A DNA stretch of 58,740 bases, taken from assembly GCA_017623705.1 (NCBI GenBank), contig JAGAOQ010000015.1:1-58740 (forward strand). The letters are read 5' to 3'. The first letter of the stretch is position 1, and each line of letters begins with the position of its first letter. The stretch is from Clostridia bacterium (GTDB lineage: Bacteria > Bacillota > Clostridia > Christensenellales > UBA1242). The translations under genes were made by a program, and so were the position numbers. Below the pieces are notes generated by a model, which had not been told where the DNA came from, searched no databases, and was given only the letters and a program-made list of their open reading frames with translations. Shown piece after piece: positions 1 through 9,201 of the stretch.

Positions 1-57
1 AAAGGCAATACAACTGTAAAAGAAGAAACTAAATACGATATTTATATCAAAATATAA
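1..57 (+). CDS. 3' end of an unidentified gene entering from the left edge
   Basis: Frame 1 reads KGNTTVKEETKYDIYIKI* (TAA 55-57) and is followed immediately by a strong hairpin. Confidence 0.45.
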   Translation, partial: KGNTTVKEETKYDIYIKI

Positions 58-58
58 A

Positions 59-99
59 AAGCCCGAATATAAGAAAATGCCTTATATTTGGGCTTATTT
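59..99 (+). terminator. Rho-independent terminator-like hairpin
   Basis: AAGCCCGAATATAAG (59-73), 7-nt loop, CTTATATTTGGGCTT (81-95): 15-bp stem with one G-U pair, T-rich tail. Confidence 0.75.
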
Positions 100-135
100 A
101 TTGCTATTTATTTCGCTAGTCTCTGGATACTTAAT

Positions 136-504
136 CGCCCCGCCAACTACATTGGACCCGAACCCAACAGCGAGCCAGAAAATCGTGCCATACTGCGTCT
201 TATCAAACGATTTCAACCGACTGTCAGTATTGCATTACACACCAAAGGCAATTTAATCTATTACAGTCGCCCCACAGATAGTCAAACCGCAAAAGAATTA
301 TCCACCCTAACCAAATTTCCCGCAGTCTTATCCACTGGTTCATTTGGCGGTTTGACCGATTACCTTGCACTCCGTTATCAAGTCCCGTCATTTACAATCG
401 AACTTGGCGATGACAACTTATCGCACCCCATTACCAAAGAATATCTACCCAGCATTATGCCGACATTAAACAAAATCTTTGATTATTTCTTAACCGGCGA
501 ATAA
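136..504 (+). pseudogene. C-terminal fragment of an M14 zinc carboxypeptidase (gamma-D-glutamyl-diamino acid endopeptidase-like), 5' part missing
   Basis: PANYIGPEPNSEPE, VSIALHTKGNLIY (third Zn ligand His) and PSFTIELG (catalytic Glu) are present; the HxxE Zn motif and NxDG/DLNRN segments are absent, and upstream DNA is a terminator. Confidence 0.75.
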
Positions 505-1526
505 AACATTTCGCCTTCATGACTTTGAAAATAAACACCAATAATATTTGGACGTTTACTGTTAATAATTGTATATGCCGCCCTTTTACGAGCCCCACCA
601 ATAATATTCCCCGCAACTTTCATATTGGTTTCAATAAAGACGTTATATGCTCTAATTTGACCTTTGTTATCCACCACCGTGATACCGTCAAAATTTAACA
701 TCGTAACAAAAACATTCGACATTGTTGTCAATTTTTGTTCATTATACTGGTTGGTTTGGGCAAACAATTTAGAAAAATTGATTGGCTCAGTCAACCAGAT
801 ACCATCTTCAAAAAAAGCATCGGGTTCATACTCGGAATCAACTACAACACAAATCGTACCTTCCACCAAACGAGAAACATTGCGGAAAATATTACGGTAC
901 ATATTTTTTATTTCTTGCAATTTTTTTGCACTGGTACGCAGTTTAGAAAAACTAGCATCTACAAACTCTTTAATTTCATCTTCCCAGTTATTAACGACCC
1001 TAATATCCAACGCAAAGTTTACATTTACAACACGCCCCTTAAAACTACGCATTGTAATCGTCCAAGTATTTTCTGCATAAACATAAATACCAAACAACTT
1101 ATTGCTCTTTTCTTGCAAGACTTCGGACTTAAACAAAATTGTTTCCAAGCTTTCGTCTTTAATACTGTTAATAATACGGAAAATTCCATATTCGATATTA
1201 TCTTCTGAAATAGAAATATAAACGCACCAGTACAAATTACAGAAAGGGATTAAACTTTTCAAACGAGAAACAAACATGTTTTCGTTATCATCATTAAATA
1301 AAACAATTTTAGTCGCATTAGGAATACTTTTAACCACGGCATCAATATTATTCGTAAAGAAAATTGCTGGCTTGTATTTATGCCCTTCTTCTTCATAATT
1401 AGCAATTTGCGGGAAAAAGTTCAAAAAACGATTTTGTAATTTCAAAGGAAAAGTGCCCGAAAACTCTGTCGTTAAAAAATCAACGATTTTTGTCTTAGCG
1501 TCAATGTAAAATATATTCTCGTTCAC
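483..1526 (-). CDS. Divergent DAC (DisA_N, diadenylate cyclase-like) domain protein with an uncharacterised N-terminal domain
   Basis: C-terminal GTICVVV...LNFDGITVVDNKGQIRAY...GGARKRAA...VYFQSHEG parallels the DAC DGA, GxRHRAA and SEE motifs; GTG start overlaps the pheT stop. Confidence 0.65.
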   Translation of the reverse strand: MNENIFYIDAKTKIVDFLTTEFSGTFPLKLQNRFLNFFPQIANYEEEGHKYKPAIFFTNNIDAVVKSIPNATKIVLFNDDNENMFVSRLKSLIPFCNLYWCVYISISEDNIEYGIFRIINSIKDESLETILFKSEVLQEKSNKLFGIYVYAENTWTITMRSFKGRVVNVNFALDIRVVNNWEDEIKEFVDASFSKLRTSAKKLQEIKNMYRNIFRNVSRLVEGTICVVVDSEYEPDAFFEDGIWLTEPINFSKLFAQTNQYNEQKLTTMSNVFVTMLNFDGITVVDNKGQIRAYNVFIETNMKVAGNIIGGARKRAAYTIINSKRPNIIGVYFQSHEGEMFYSPVKK

Positions 1527-3832
1527 TATCCTAGATGTACACTATTTTGTGTTGCAAAGTCAAGAATTTGTTGATGAATTTTGTTAATTTCTGCTTTATC
1601 TAGCGTTTTTTCCGTACTCGACACGGTAAAAGTTAAAGTAAATTTATTTTCATAAACACCAGTCAAACAATACTTCGTAACTAACGGGTGCTTGAACTTC
1701 GCCCAAATCGCATCTAATTTTGCAAAATGTTCATTCCAAACAAAAGTAAAATCTAATTCAGTTTTTGGGAACTTTGACAAAATTGGAGCAACCGATTGTG
1801 GTACAGCTTGAAAATCGATTCCCGACAAGTTGACTTCAAAAGCCACTGCGTTAGTCATTACTTGGGGGTGAACAATACCAATCGCACCAACAACTTTTCC
1901 AGCACAAACAATTTGTGCATGATTTCTTGGGTGCCAAACTTCCCAATCAATGGTTTTCATTTGGTATGTAATCGGTGTTCCTAAACGTTCAAATAAATCA
2001 GTTACCATTTCACTAAACGCCTTATAATCCATACCAACCGCTACCCCAGCCAAATGTTCCGTTTCTGTACCGTCTTGATTGATTACACGACCGATTTCAA
2101 AAACTCGCACGTCGGGTTGTTATTTATTCAACGACGCCACCGTCAACATACTCGGCAACATTGAACTACGGATTTGGTTATCATCTTTATTAAATGGATT
2201 AGCGACTGTTGCATAAGAAGGTGCTGTAAGGTTAAGGTGTTTCAAAGTTTTTGTATCATACCAAATGTTGGTATGAACTTCACTAAATGCGTATTTCCAA
2301 GCCAATAAATCCTTCAAGGTATCCTTCGCCTTCGCTACTGCGGTAAATGGTACAGGTGCAATTTCAACCAACGGAGCAACAGGTTGAATATTTTGATAGC
2401 CATAATTACGGATAATTTCTTCGACAACATCTGCTGGTGTGGTTACATCTTTCCACGCACGCCAAGACGGTACAGTTACAACAATTTTTTCAGCGTCTAT
2501 TTTTGGTTGAAAACCCAAACCAGTCAACTTACGCTCAACCATATCATCTAAACCGCTAAAATCAACCCCCGTAAAACTGTTAAGCATCTTTTTCGTTACC
2601 ACAATCTCACGTGTCATTACAGGTAAATTATCCGCCACAACACGGGTAAAAGCCGACTTGACTTCAACTTGCGGTGCATACTTACGCACTAAACGTAAAA
2701 CTTCCGCCACTGCCAACCAATTTAATTCTGGGTCTAACGCTTTTTCATAACGCATACTTGCATCACTACGAATCCCAACAGCTACCGAAGTACGACGAAT
2801 ATTTGAAGCATCAAAAGTCGCAACTTCAAAAACAGTATCGGTTGTTTCGGTGGTAATTTCACTATTTTTACCACCCATTACACCAGCCAAAGCAATCGGT
2901 TGTCCATTGCTCTTGATAAAGAGCATATCTTTCGTTGCTGTAACAACATTATCTTTCAAAGTTGTAAATTCAGTTCCAGCTTTAACTGTGCCAACACTAA
3001 TTTTATCGACCTTTTGTGCATCAAACGCATGTAGCGGATTACCAAAAGCGAACATAACGTAATTAGTCAAATCAACCAAAAAGCCATGACTATTATGTCC
3101 CAACTTATACAAACGATTTTGCATCACGTCAGGCGAAACTACCCCGCCAAAGTTACCCATTTTAATCGCACCATACGATAAGCAATGATTATCTTCAATT
3201 TTAACATTCAAAGCAGGTAATTTATCATATTCATGAACCAATGCCGTATCAATCGGTTTCAACGGACGATCAAAAATGACCGCTAATTCACGAGCGATAC
3301 CATAATGTCCCCACAAGTCAGGACGATTGGTAAGACTTTTATTGTCAATATCAATAATTTCATCTTGCAAACCTGGTAAAACTTCGGTAATTGATAAACC
3401 AATCTTGGTATCAAGTGGTAATTCAATAATTCCTTCGTCTTCTGCCTTATAGCCAAGTTCCGCATAAGAACAACACATACCAAAACTTTCACAACCACGA
3501 ATCTTTGCTGGAACAATTTCCATACCATCGGGCATCACTGTTCCTACTGTCGCAACTGCTACTACAATTCCAGCACGTGCGTTAGGTGCACCACAAACAA
3601 TGTGTAACGGTTCTTTTTTACCAACATCGACCGTCAACAAATGCAAGTGATCACTTTGCGGGTGTGCATCGCAAGTCAAAATCTTACCAACAACAACACT
3701 TTCCAAACCACGCCCCAACGAAACCACTTCTTCAACTTCACAAGTAATTTGCGTTAATTTATCCGCAATTTGCTGTGCAGTAATATCTTTCAAATCAACA
3801 TATTCTCTTAACCAATCTACCGAAATTTTCAT
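1526..3832 (-). CDS. pheT: Phenylalanine--tRNA ligase beta subunit, interrupted by one in-frame TAA at 2120-2122
   Basis: MKISVDWLREYV start, tRNA-binding OB fold (HPQSDHL, IVCGAPN), NRPDLWGHYGIARE, B3/4 domain, B5 DVVEEIIR; ORFs 2120-3832 and 1526-2110 share a frame (...SLNK*QPDVRVFEIGRV..., SKFP FDX-ACB domain). Confidence 0.93.
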
Positions 3833-4833
3833 CGTTTAATTCCCCTTAAAAATTCTAAATTACCAGAATTCAACAACCTCACGTCATTGATAGCGTACTG
3901 CATCATCGCTAAACGTGTTAAGCCAAACCCAAACGCAAAACCTTGATATTGTTCTGGATTAACATCTGCCATTTTCAAAACATTTTCGTGAATCATACCG
4001 CAACCACCCAATTCAATCCAACCCGAATGTTTGCAAACACTACACCCCTTACCGCCACAAAACGGACAGCTACCATCAAGCTCAAAACCAGGTTCAACAA
4101 AAGGGAAAAAGCCAGGACGCAAACGCACTTCAATTTCACGTCCAAAAATTTGAGATAAAATTGTCTTCATGACGTAAATCAAATTAGCAATCGAAATATT
4201 TTCGCCAACCATCATACCCTCACATTGAAAGAACGAAAATTCATGGCTAGCATCAGTTGCTTCATTACGATAACAACGACCAGGGAAAATTGCCGACACC
4301 ACAGGACCGTGTTTTTTCAAAATTTCATGTTGCAAAGCCGAAGTCTGTGTTTTTAACAACTTGCCATTAGTCAACCAAAACGTATCTTGCATATCCCGAG
4401 CTGGGTGATCCGCTGGAATATTCACAGCATCAAAATTTTCAAATTCAGTAACAACTTCATTTCCGTCAACAACTAAAAACCCCATTGAGCTACAAATTTC
4501 AGCGACTCGCCTGGTTAAATGAGTAATCGGGTGCAAACTACCCTGCGTTTTTTTAATCGCTGGGATTGTAATATCAATTAAAGGATCATTTTTTAATTTT
4601 TCATTAACTGCTTTTGCACGCAAACTAGCTTGTTTTTTGAAAAATTGACTTTCAATCGCCCGTTTTAGTTCATTATAACGTTTACCAGCTTCGGCACGTT
4701 CAGACGCAGGCAAATCTTTCAAACCAGCCATCATCATAGTTAATTTACCCGTTTTTGAAAGATAATTTTTATGAAACTCAGCCATTTCGGCTTCTGTTTG
4801 GATTTGCTCCAACTCTTTTTCAATGTCGTTCAT
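3829..4833 (-). CDS. pheS: Phenylalanine--tRNA ligase alpha subunit
   Basis: GSLHPIT, NFDAVNIPADHPARDMQDTF, LLKTQTS, PGRCYRNE, RPGFFPFVEPG, GFAFGFGLTRLAM. Confidence 0.98.
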   Translation of the reverse strand: MNDIEKELEQIQTEAEMAEFHKNYLSKTGKLTMMMAGLKDLPASERAEAGKRYNELKRAIESQFFKKQASLRAKAVNEKLKNDPLIDITIPAIKKTQGSLHPITHLTRRVAEICSSMGFLVVDGNEVVTEFENFDAVNIPADHPARDMQDTFWLTNGKLLKTQTSALQHEILKKHGPVVSAIFPGRCYRNEATDASHEFSFFQCEGMMVGENISIANLIYVMKTILSQIFGREIEVRLRPGFFPFVEPGFELDGSCPFCGGKGCSVCKHSGWIELGGCGMIHENVLKMADVNPEQYQGFAFGFGLTRLAMMQYAINDVRLLNSGNLEFLRGIKR

Positions 4834-4840
4834 ACAAATT

Positions 4841-7014
4841 TCAGTATGCCATATCTTTGAAATATTGTAAATATTTATTCAAGCACGAATTACGTTTCTT
4901 CGTAAAAGTATTGCTAACCATTTTTTGGATATTTTCCTGCTTGCCTACCAACATTGCTAACCTTTTAGCTCGTGTAACAGCTGTATACAAAAGATTACGA
5001 GTCATAATCATATACGCCCCCGAAACAACAGGAATTACCACAGCATCAAATTCACACCCCTGACTTTTGTGCACAGTAATGGCATAAGACAATGTCAGTG
5101 CCGACAATTCGGATACCGGATAAATTGTAACACGTCCGTCTTCCAACTCTACCGTAACTTCACGGTTAAATTTATTGATTTCAATAATTTTACCAATATC
5201 ACCATTAAAAATACCCTTACCATCTTCATGGTTCTTAACCCATTCTTGCTTGTAATTATTAACAGTATGCATGACACGGTCACCAACCCGAAAATTGTTT
5301 CCCCGTGCATAATTTCCGTTTTGTTTTCAGCAGGCGGATTGAGTACTTCTTGCAAAGCTTTATTCAGGTTTATAACACCAGCCGCCCCCAATTTCATCGG
5401 GGCTAACACTTGTACCTTACTACTATCCACCCCAAGATATTGTGGTAATCGTGATAAACATAACCCCAATATATTGTTTTTAATTACTTCGGGCGTTTCT
5501 GCATTACTATAAAAGAAATCCGTGCTTTGGTTATCCAAAATCGGCATTTCACCACGGTTAATGCGGTGTGCGTTAATCGCAATCGTAGCTTTATCCCCAG
5601 TGCGATAAATTTGAGTCAACCTAATCGTTGGTACTACCCCAGAATCAATAATATCCGCAAGAACATTACCCGCACCAACCGAAGGCAACTGATCGCTATC
5701 ACCAATAAAAACAACCTTTGTTCCCGATAAAATCTTTTTTAATAAAGACGCAGTCAATAAACAATCACACATCGAAACTTCATCAATAATTACCATATCT
5801 TGCGTTATAAAACTGTTATGCGGATCATGTGAAAATTTTTCCAAACAACGATGAATTGTCATTGCCGATTGCCCAGTCGTTTCTTCAATCCGCTTCGCCG
5901 CACGGCCTGTCGGAGCTAACATTTGTGTGCTAACTTCATTTGCCTGATTGATATACAAAATCGCCTTAATAATCGTCGTTTTCCCTGTCCCGGGTCCACC
6001 TGTAATCACCGTAACACCACCAGTTACGGCTTGCTTGATCGCTAACTTTTGACTCTCATGAAAAGTGATTCCCTGCATTTTCTCATAATGAGCAATTAAA
6101 CCATCAACATTATTCAACGGCTTTGGTTCTTGCAACAATAATAACAATTTTTGTGCAATAGCTTTTTCTGCATTAAAGAATCGTACCAACTGTAAACCCT
6201 GCACTCCGTCAACATCAACCGACACGACAATACGGTCAATACAAAGCTCGTTAATAATTGTATTGAAAGTCGGTGTTAATTGTTCCATTTTAATTCGCAA
6301 CAAATGACAAACTTTACTAATCAAGTCCGGTAAAGTAACATAAGTATGACCGTCAGTTTCTGCACTCACCTTCAAGACATGGACAACGCCAGCCCGCACA
6401 CGAAAAGTTCCATTATAACTGACACCCAACTTTTTTGCCATATTGTCAGCCGTTAAAAAACCGATCCCGTCGATCGTTTCGATTAAAACGTAAGGATTTT
6501 TCGCCACAGTCGCAATCGTATCTTTGCCATACTGTTGATAAATCTTCAAAGATAAATTCAAACTAATTTCAAAGCGATATAACCACATCATCACCGACTG
6601 CATTTCACGTACTGCCATGTAATTTGTTGCAATACTCTGTGCCCGTTGAGCTGAAATACCCCTAACCTGCGTTAAATCTTGTGGTCGAGTTTCAATCACC
6701 GCAATCGTGTCCATACCAAACTTTTTCACGATTTTACGAGCTGTGGCAGGCCCAACACCGGGCAACAAACCACCACCCAAGAAAGCCAAAATTTTATCCT
6801 CACTGTCAGGTGGCATCAAAACCATATCCGTGAATGCAAATTGCTTGCCGTGTTTAGCGTTATTAACGAATTCACCAGTAAATTTATATTCTGCCCCAAC
6901 CGCTACCATTGGAGCAACACCAACGGCAGTCAAATGATTATCCAAACGTAAAACACGATAGCCCGTTTCTTCGTTCGCAAAAACAATCGACGATACCGTT
7001 CCTTGAATTTCCAT
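4841..7014 (-). CDS. recD2: ATP-dependent RecD2 (SF1B) helicase, with a -1 nt frameshift near 5301-5304
   Basis: N-terminal OB fold and HhH (GVGPATA), Walker A GGPGTGKTT, APTGRAAKR, IIDEVSM, GDSDQLPSVGAG; the second ORF carries NGDIG, YAITVHKSQGCEF and RNLLYTAVTRAK; adding one T restores IFRVGDRVM. Probable start is ATG at 7014. Confidence 0.93.
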
Positions 7015-7071
7015 CTCAAATATTATATAAGCCGAAATTGACATTGGCAATAAAATGATTTACGCTTAAAT
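7015..7071. promoter_or_regulatory. Overlapping divergent sigma70-type promoters for recD2 and the first lipoprotein
   Basis: Minus strand: TTGCCA(7050-7045)-17 nt-TATAAT(7027-7022)-7 nt-ATG. Plus strand: TTGACA(7038-7043)-17 nt-TACGCT(7061-7066)-5 nt-GTG. Confidence 0.7.
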
Positions 7072-8037
7072 GTGGAAGATAAAACCAAATCAATTTTTAA
7101 TCAAACCGCAAAAGTCGTTAAAAAAGCCGTACAAGTCGGTGTTTTAGGCACCGCACTGGCAACGGGTACAGTTATACCCGCAGGTTGCAAAATGCCCAGC
7201 AATTACGACAACAACAGCGAAATTGTGGATATTAGCAAAGAACAAACACAAGATGTAGAACCATATCAACCTTACAACAAAGTTATTGGGAATAAAAATT
7301 ACTGTTTCCATAATTTTATTGGTCAAGAACCCGATATCGTTGATTATACCGCCAACAAAGATGTTGCCAATTATTTAGACATGGGACAAGAATATGTTCA
7401 ATGTTTATTTGATAAATTTCAAACATCAATCCAAGACCGCCCCGATGTAGCAAATTATTTTGGTCGTTTTGAATTACAAAAAACGAATCGACACGAACGT
7501 GGCGTTGGCAAGAAGATTGATAATTTAGCAAATGAAATCACTGCCCCATGCGGTTATTATTTAGCGGATATTATCAAAAATTTAGACCGTGAAGTCGACC
7601 GTGAAGCTTTTATTTTGTGTTACGCAACACTAGCAAACGAAGCATACCGAGAAGGAATGGGTAACAGCGAAAAATATGACGCACGTCGGGGTTCGATTGA
7701 ACACGCATGGCGACAAAATGACTTTACTCGATCGACCGAATATAACCATGATGTCGACGACCGCAAATGTCGTCAAATCACCAACTACATGGACATCTTT
7801 TTGAATCGAGCGTGGCACTACATGCAATACGAACTCGATGATTTAAGAATCCAAGATTTGCGTAATGTTTTAATCATTGCCCTAAACACCAGTTCTTTGG
7901 AAGCCATGCACGACTACACCGCCGAAAATTTGGAACATACCCGTTGCGACATGCAAATTGATATTTTGGATCAGCTTTATGCAGCATCGCAAGCGAAACA
8001 ACAACAGCAAGAAAATTATCGCAATTTAGAACGTTAA
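7072..8037 (+). CDS. Putative lipoprotein, paralog A (unknown family)
   Basis: Lys-rich n-region, hydrophobic VQVGVLGTALATGTV, lipobox-like PAG-C; similar along its length to 8109-9155. Confidence 0.75.
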   Translation: MEDKTKSIFNQTAKVVKKAVQVGVLGTALATGTVIPAGCKMPSNYDNNSEIVDISKEQTQDVEPYQPYNKVIGNKNYCFHNFIGQEPDIVDYTANKDVANYLDMGQEYVQCLFDKFQTSIQDRPDVANYFGRFELQKTNRHERGVGKKIDNLANEITAPCGYYLADIIKNLDREVDREAFILCYATLANEAYREGMGNSEKYDARRGSIEHAWRQNDFTRSTEYNHDVDDRKCRQITNYMDIFLNRAWHYMQYELDDLRIQDLRNVLIIALNTSSLEAMHDYTAENLEHTRCDMQIDILDQLYAASQAKQQQQENYRNLER

Positions 8038-8073
8038 TCGGCGTAAAATTGATGATAAATTTGCGTTTAAGTA

Positions 8074-8103
8074 TTGACTTAGACCTATAAAATTTTTTAT
8101 AAT
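8074..8103 (+). promoter_or_regulatory. sigma70-type promoter for lipoprotein B
   Basis: TTGACT(8074-8079)-18 nt-TATAAT(8098-8103), 5 nt before ATG 8109, no SD sequence. Confidence 0.7.
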
Positions 8104-8108
8104 GTAGT

Positions 8109-9155
8109 ATGGAAAAATTAAACGAATTAGACAAAGGATTGTTTAATAAAAACAACCTTAAAAAAGTCCTTAAAAAAGGATTACAAGTCGGCGTTTTCGG
8201 AACGGCTTTAATGGCGGGTACGGCAATGTTTACCGGTTGCCCAAATCCAAACGGCCCACAAAACCCCGGCACAGAAATCCCAACACCTGAAAACCCGACG
8301 CCAGAACCAGAAAATCCTGGTAATGAAAACGATGACAGCCGTTATGGTACACCATGCGACAAAACAATGGGTAATGGTAACTATGTAATTCATAATTTCA
8401 TTGGTGAAGAAAAAAACATGCTTCGTGCTGATCAAATGGCAAAAGATGTAAATTACTATTTAGATAAAGGTGAAACCTATGTAATGGGCTTAGTGGATAA
8501 ATTTAGTAAATCTTTACAAGACCGCCCCGCTGCCCAAGCATATTTCCAAGAATTTATCAACGCCCAAAAAGCCAATGAATTCCAAACTTTGCGTGAAACC
8601 ATGTCGAACCCGTATGGTTTTGACCATACTGTTAACGGTATTTCCAATGCCAGCGAACCAGTGTTTGAAAACATTATTCGTAATATTGATAATAATCATG
8701 ATCGAGTTATGTTTTATACTTGCTACCAAGTATTGAGTAACGAAGCTTACAAGTATGGTTTAGGTGCATTACGTAATAGTTCATGTAGCCAAATGAATTA
8801 TTATAATGATGTTCGTGATACAACTGCATACTATTGGTCAAGTCCGGTATTATCAGAACCTTTTGATATTGACCACGACATTGACAACCAAAATTGCCAA
8901 CAAGTTACCAACGAAATGGACAGCATCTTAACCCAGAGTGCCAACAACATAGGAAACGATGTTACCGCCAACGATTTACGTCAGGTCATTAACATCGCCA
9001 ACACTGCCTATTCTTTGACCGCGATGGAAAATCGTGCGGCTTCGGCATTGGAACACACGGGTTGTGCCATTAATTTGGGAATCGTCAGTGCTATGCGTAA
9101 AGTATCTAACGAAATGTACAAAGCAGAACAACAAACACAATCATTAGGTTTATAA
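8109..9155 (+). CDS. Putative lipoprotein, paralog B (unknown family)
   Basis: KKGLQVGVFGTALMAGTAMFTG-C lipobox, Pro-rich linker (PNPNGPQNPGTEIPTPENPTPEPENP); shares HNFIG, QDRP, NEAY and LEHTxC motifs with paralog A. Confidence 0.8.
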   Translation: MEKLNELDKGLFNKNNLKKVLKKGLQVGVFGTALMAGTAMFTGCPNPNGPQNPGTEIPTPENPTPEPENPGNENDDSRYGTPCDKTMGNGNYVIHNFIGEEKNMLRADQMAKDVNYYLDKGETYVMGLVDKFSKSLQDRPAAQAYFQEFINAQKANEFQTLRETMSNPYGFDHTVNGISNASEPVFENIIRNIDNNHDRVMFYTCYQVLSNEAYKYGLGALRNSSCSQMNYYNDVRDTTAYYWSSPVLSEPFDIDHDIDNQNCQQVTNEMDSILTQSANNIGNDVTANDLRQVINIANTAYSLTAMENRAASALEHTGCAINLGIVSAMRKVSNEMYKAEQQTQSLGL

Positions 9156-9173
9156 TTTAGTATTTATAGTAAC

Positions 9174-9201
9174 AAAAAAAGGCGTGTAACACGCCTTTTT
9201 T
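9174..9201. terminator. Bidirectional Rho-independent terminator between lipoprotein B and the giant gene
   Basis: AAAAAAAGGCGTG-TAA-CACGCCTTTTTT perfect inverted repeat with A/T tails on both sides. Confidence 0.9.

Noticed and set aside
88-135. TTG start and N-terminus MGLFIAIYFASLWILN of the 138-aa ORF
   Set aside because: The start lies inside a terminator stem and the residues do not resemble M14 peptidases; it is a chance open extension of a gene fragment
2120-2122. Genome-wide stop-codon reassignment (TAA as sense)
   Set aside because: TAA terminates most genes here at their expected ends (pheS, uvrA, rlmB), and a 20-kb ORF has no internal TAA; this is an isolated event
5295-5310. 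Programmed ribosomal frameshift in recD2
   Set aside because: No canonical slippery heptamer or stimulatory structure is evident, and none is known for RecD2; a homopolymer error is simpler
8241-8325. Short DNA repeats encoding PTPENPTPEPENP
   Set aside because: Ordinary Pro-rich linker after a lipoprotein Cys; too short and degenerate to be a VNTR or array
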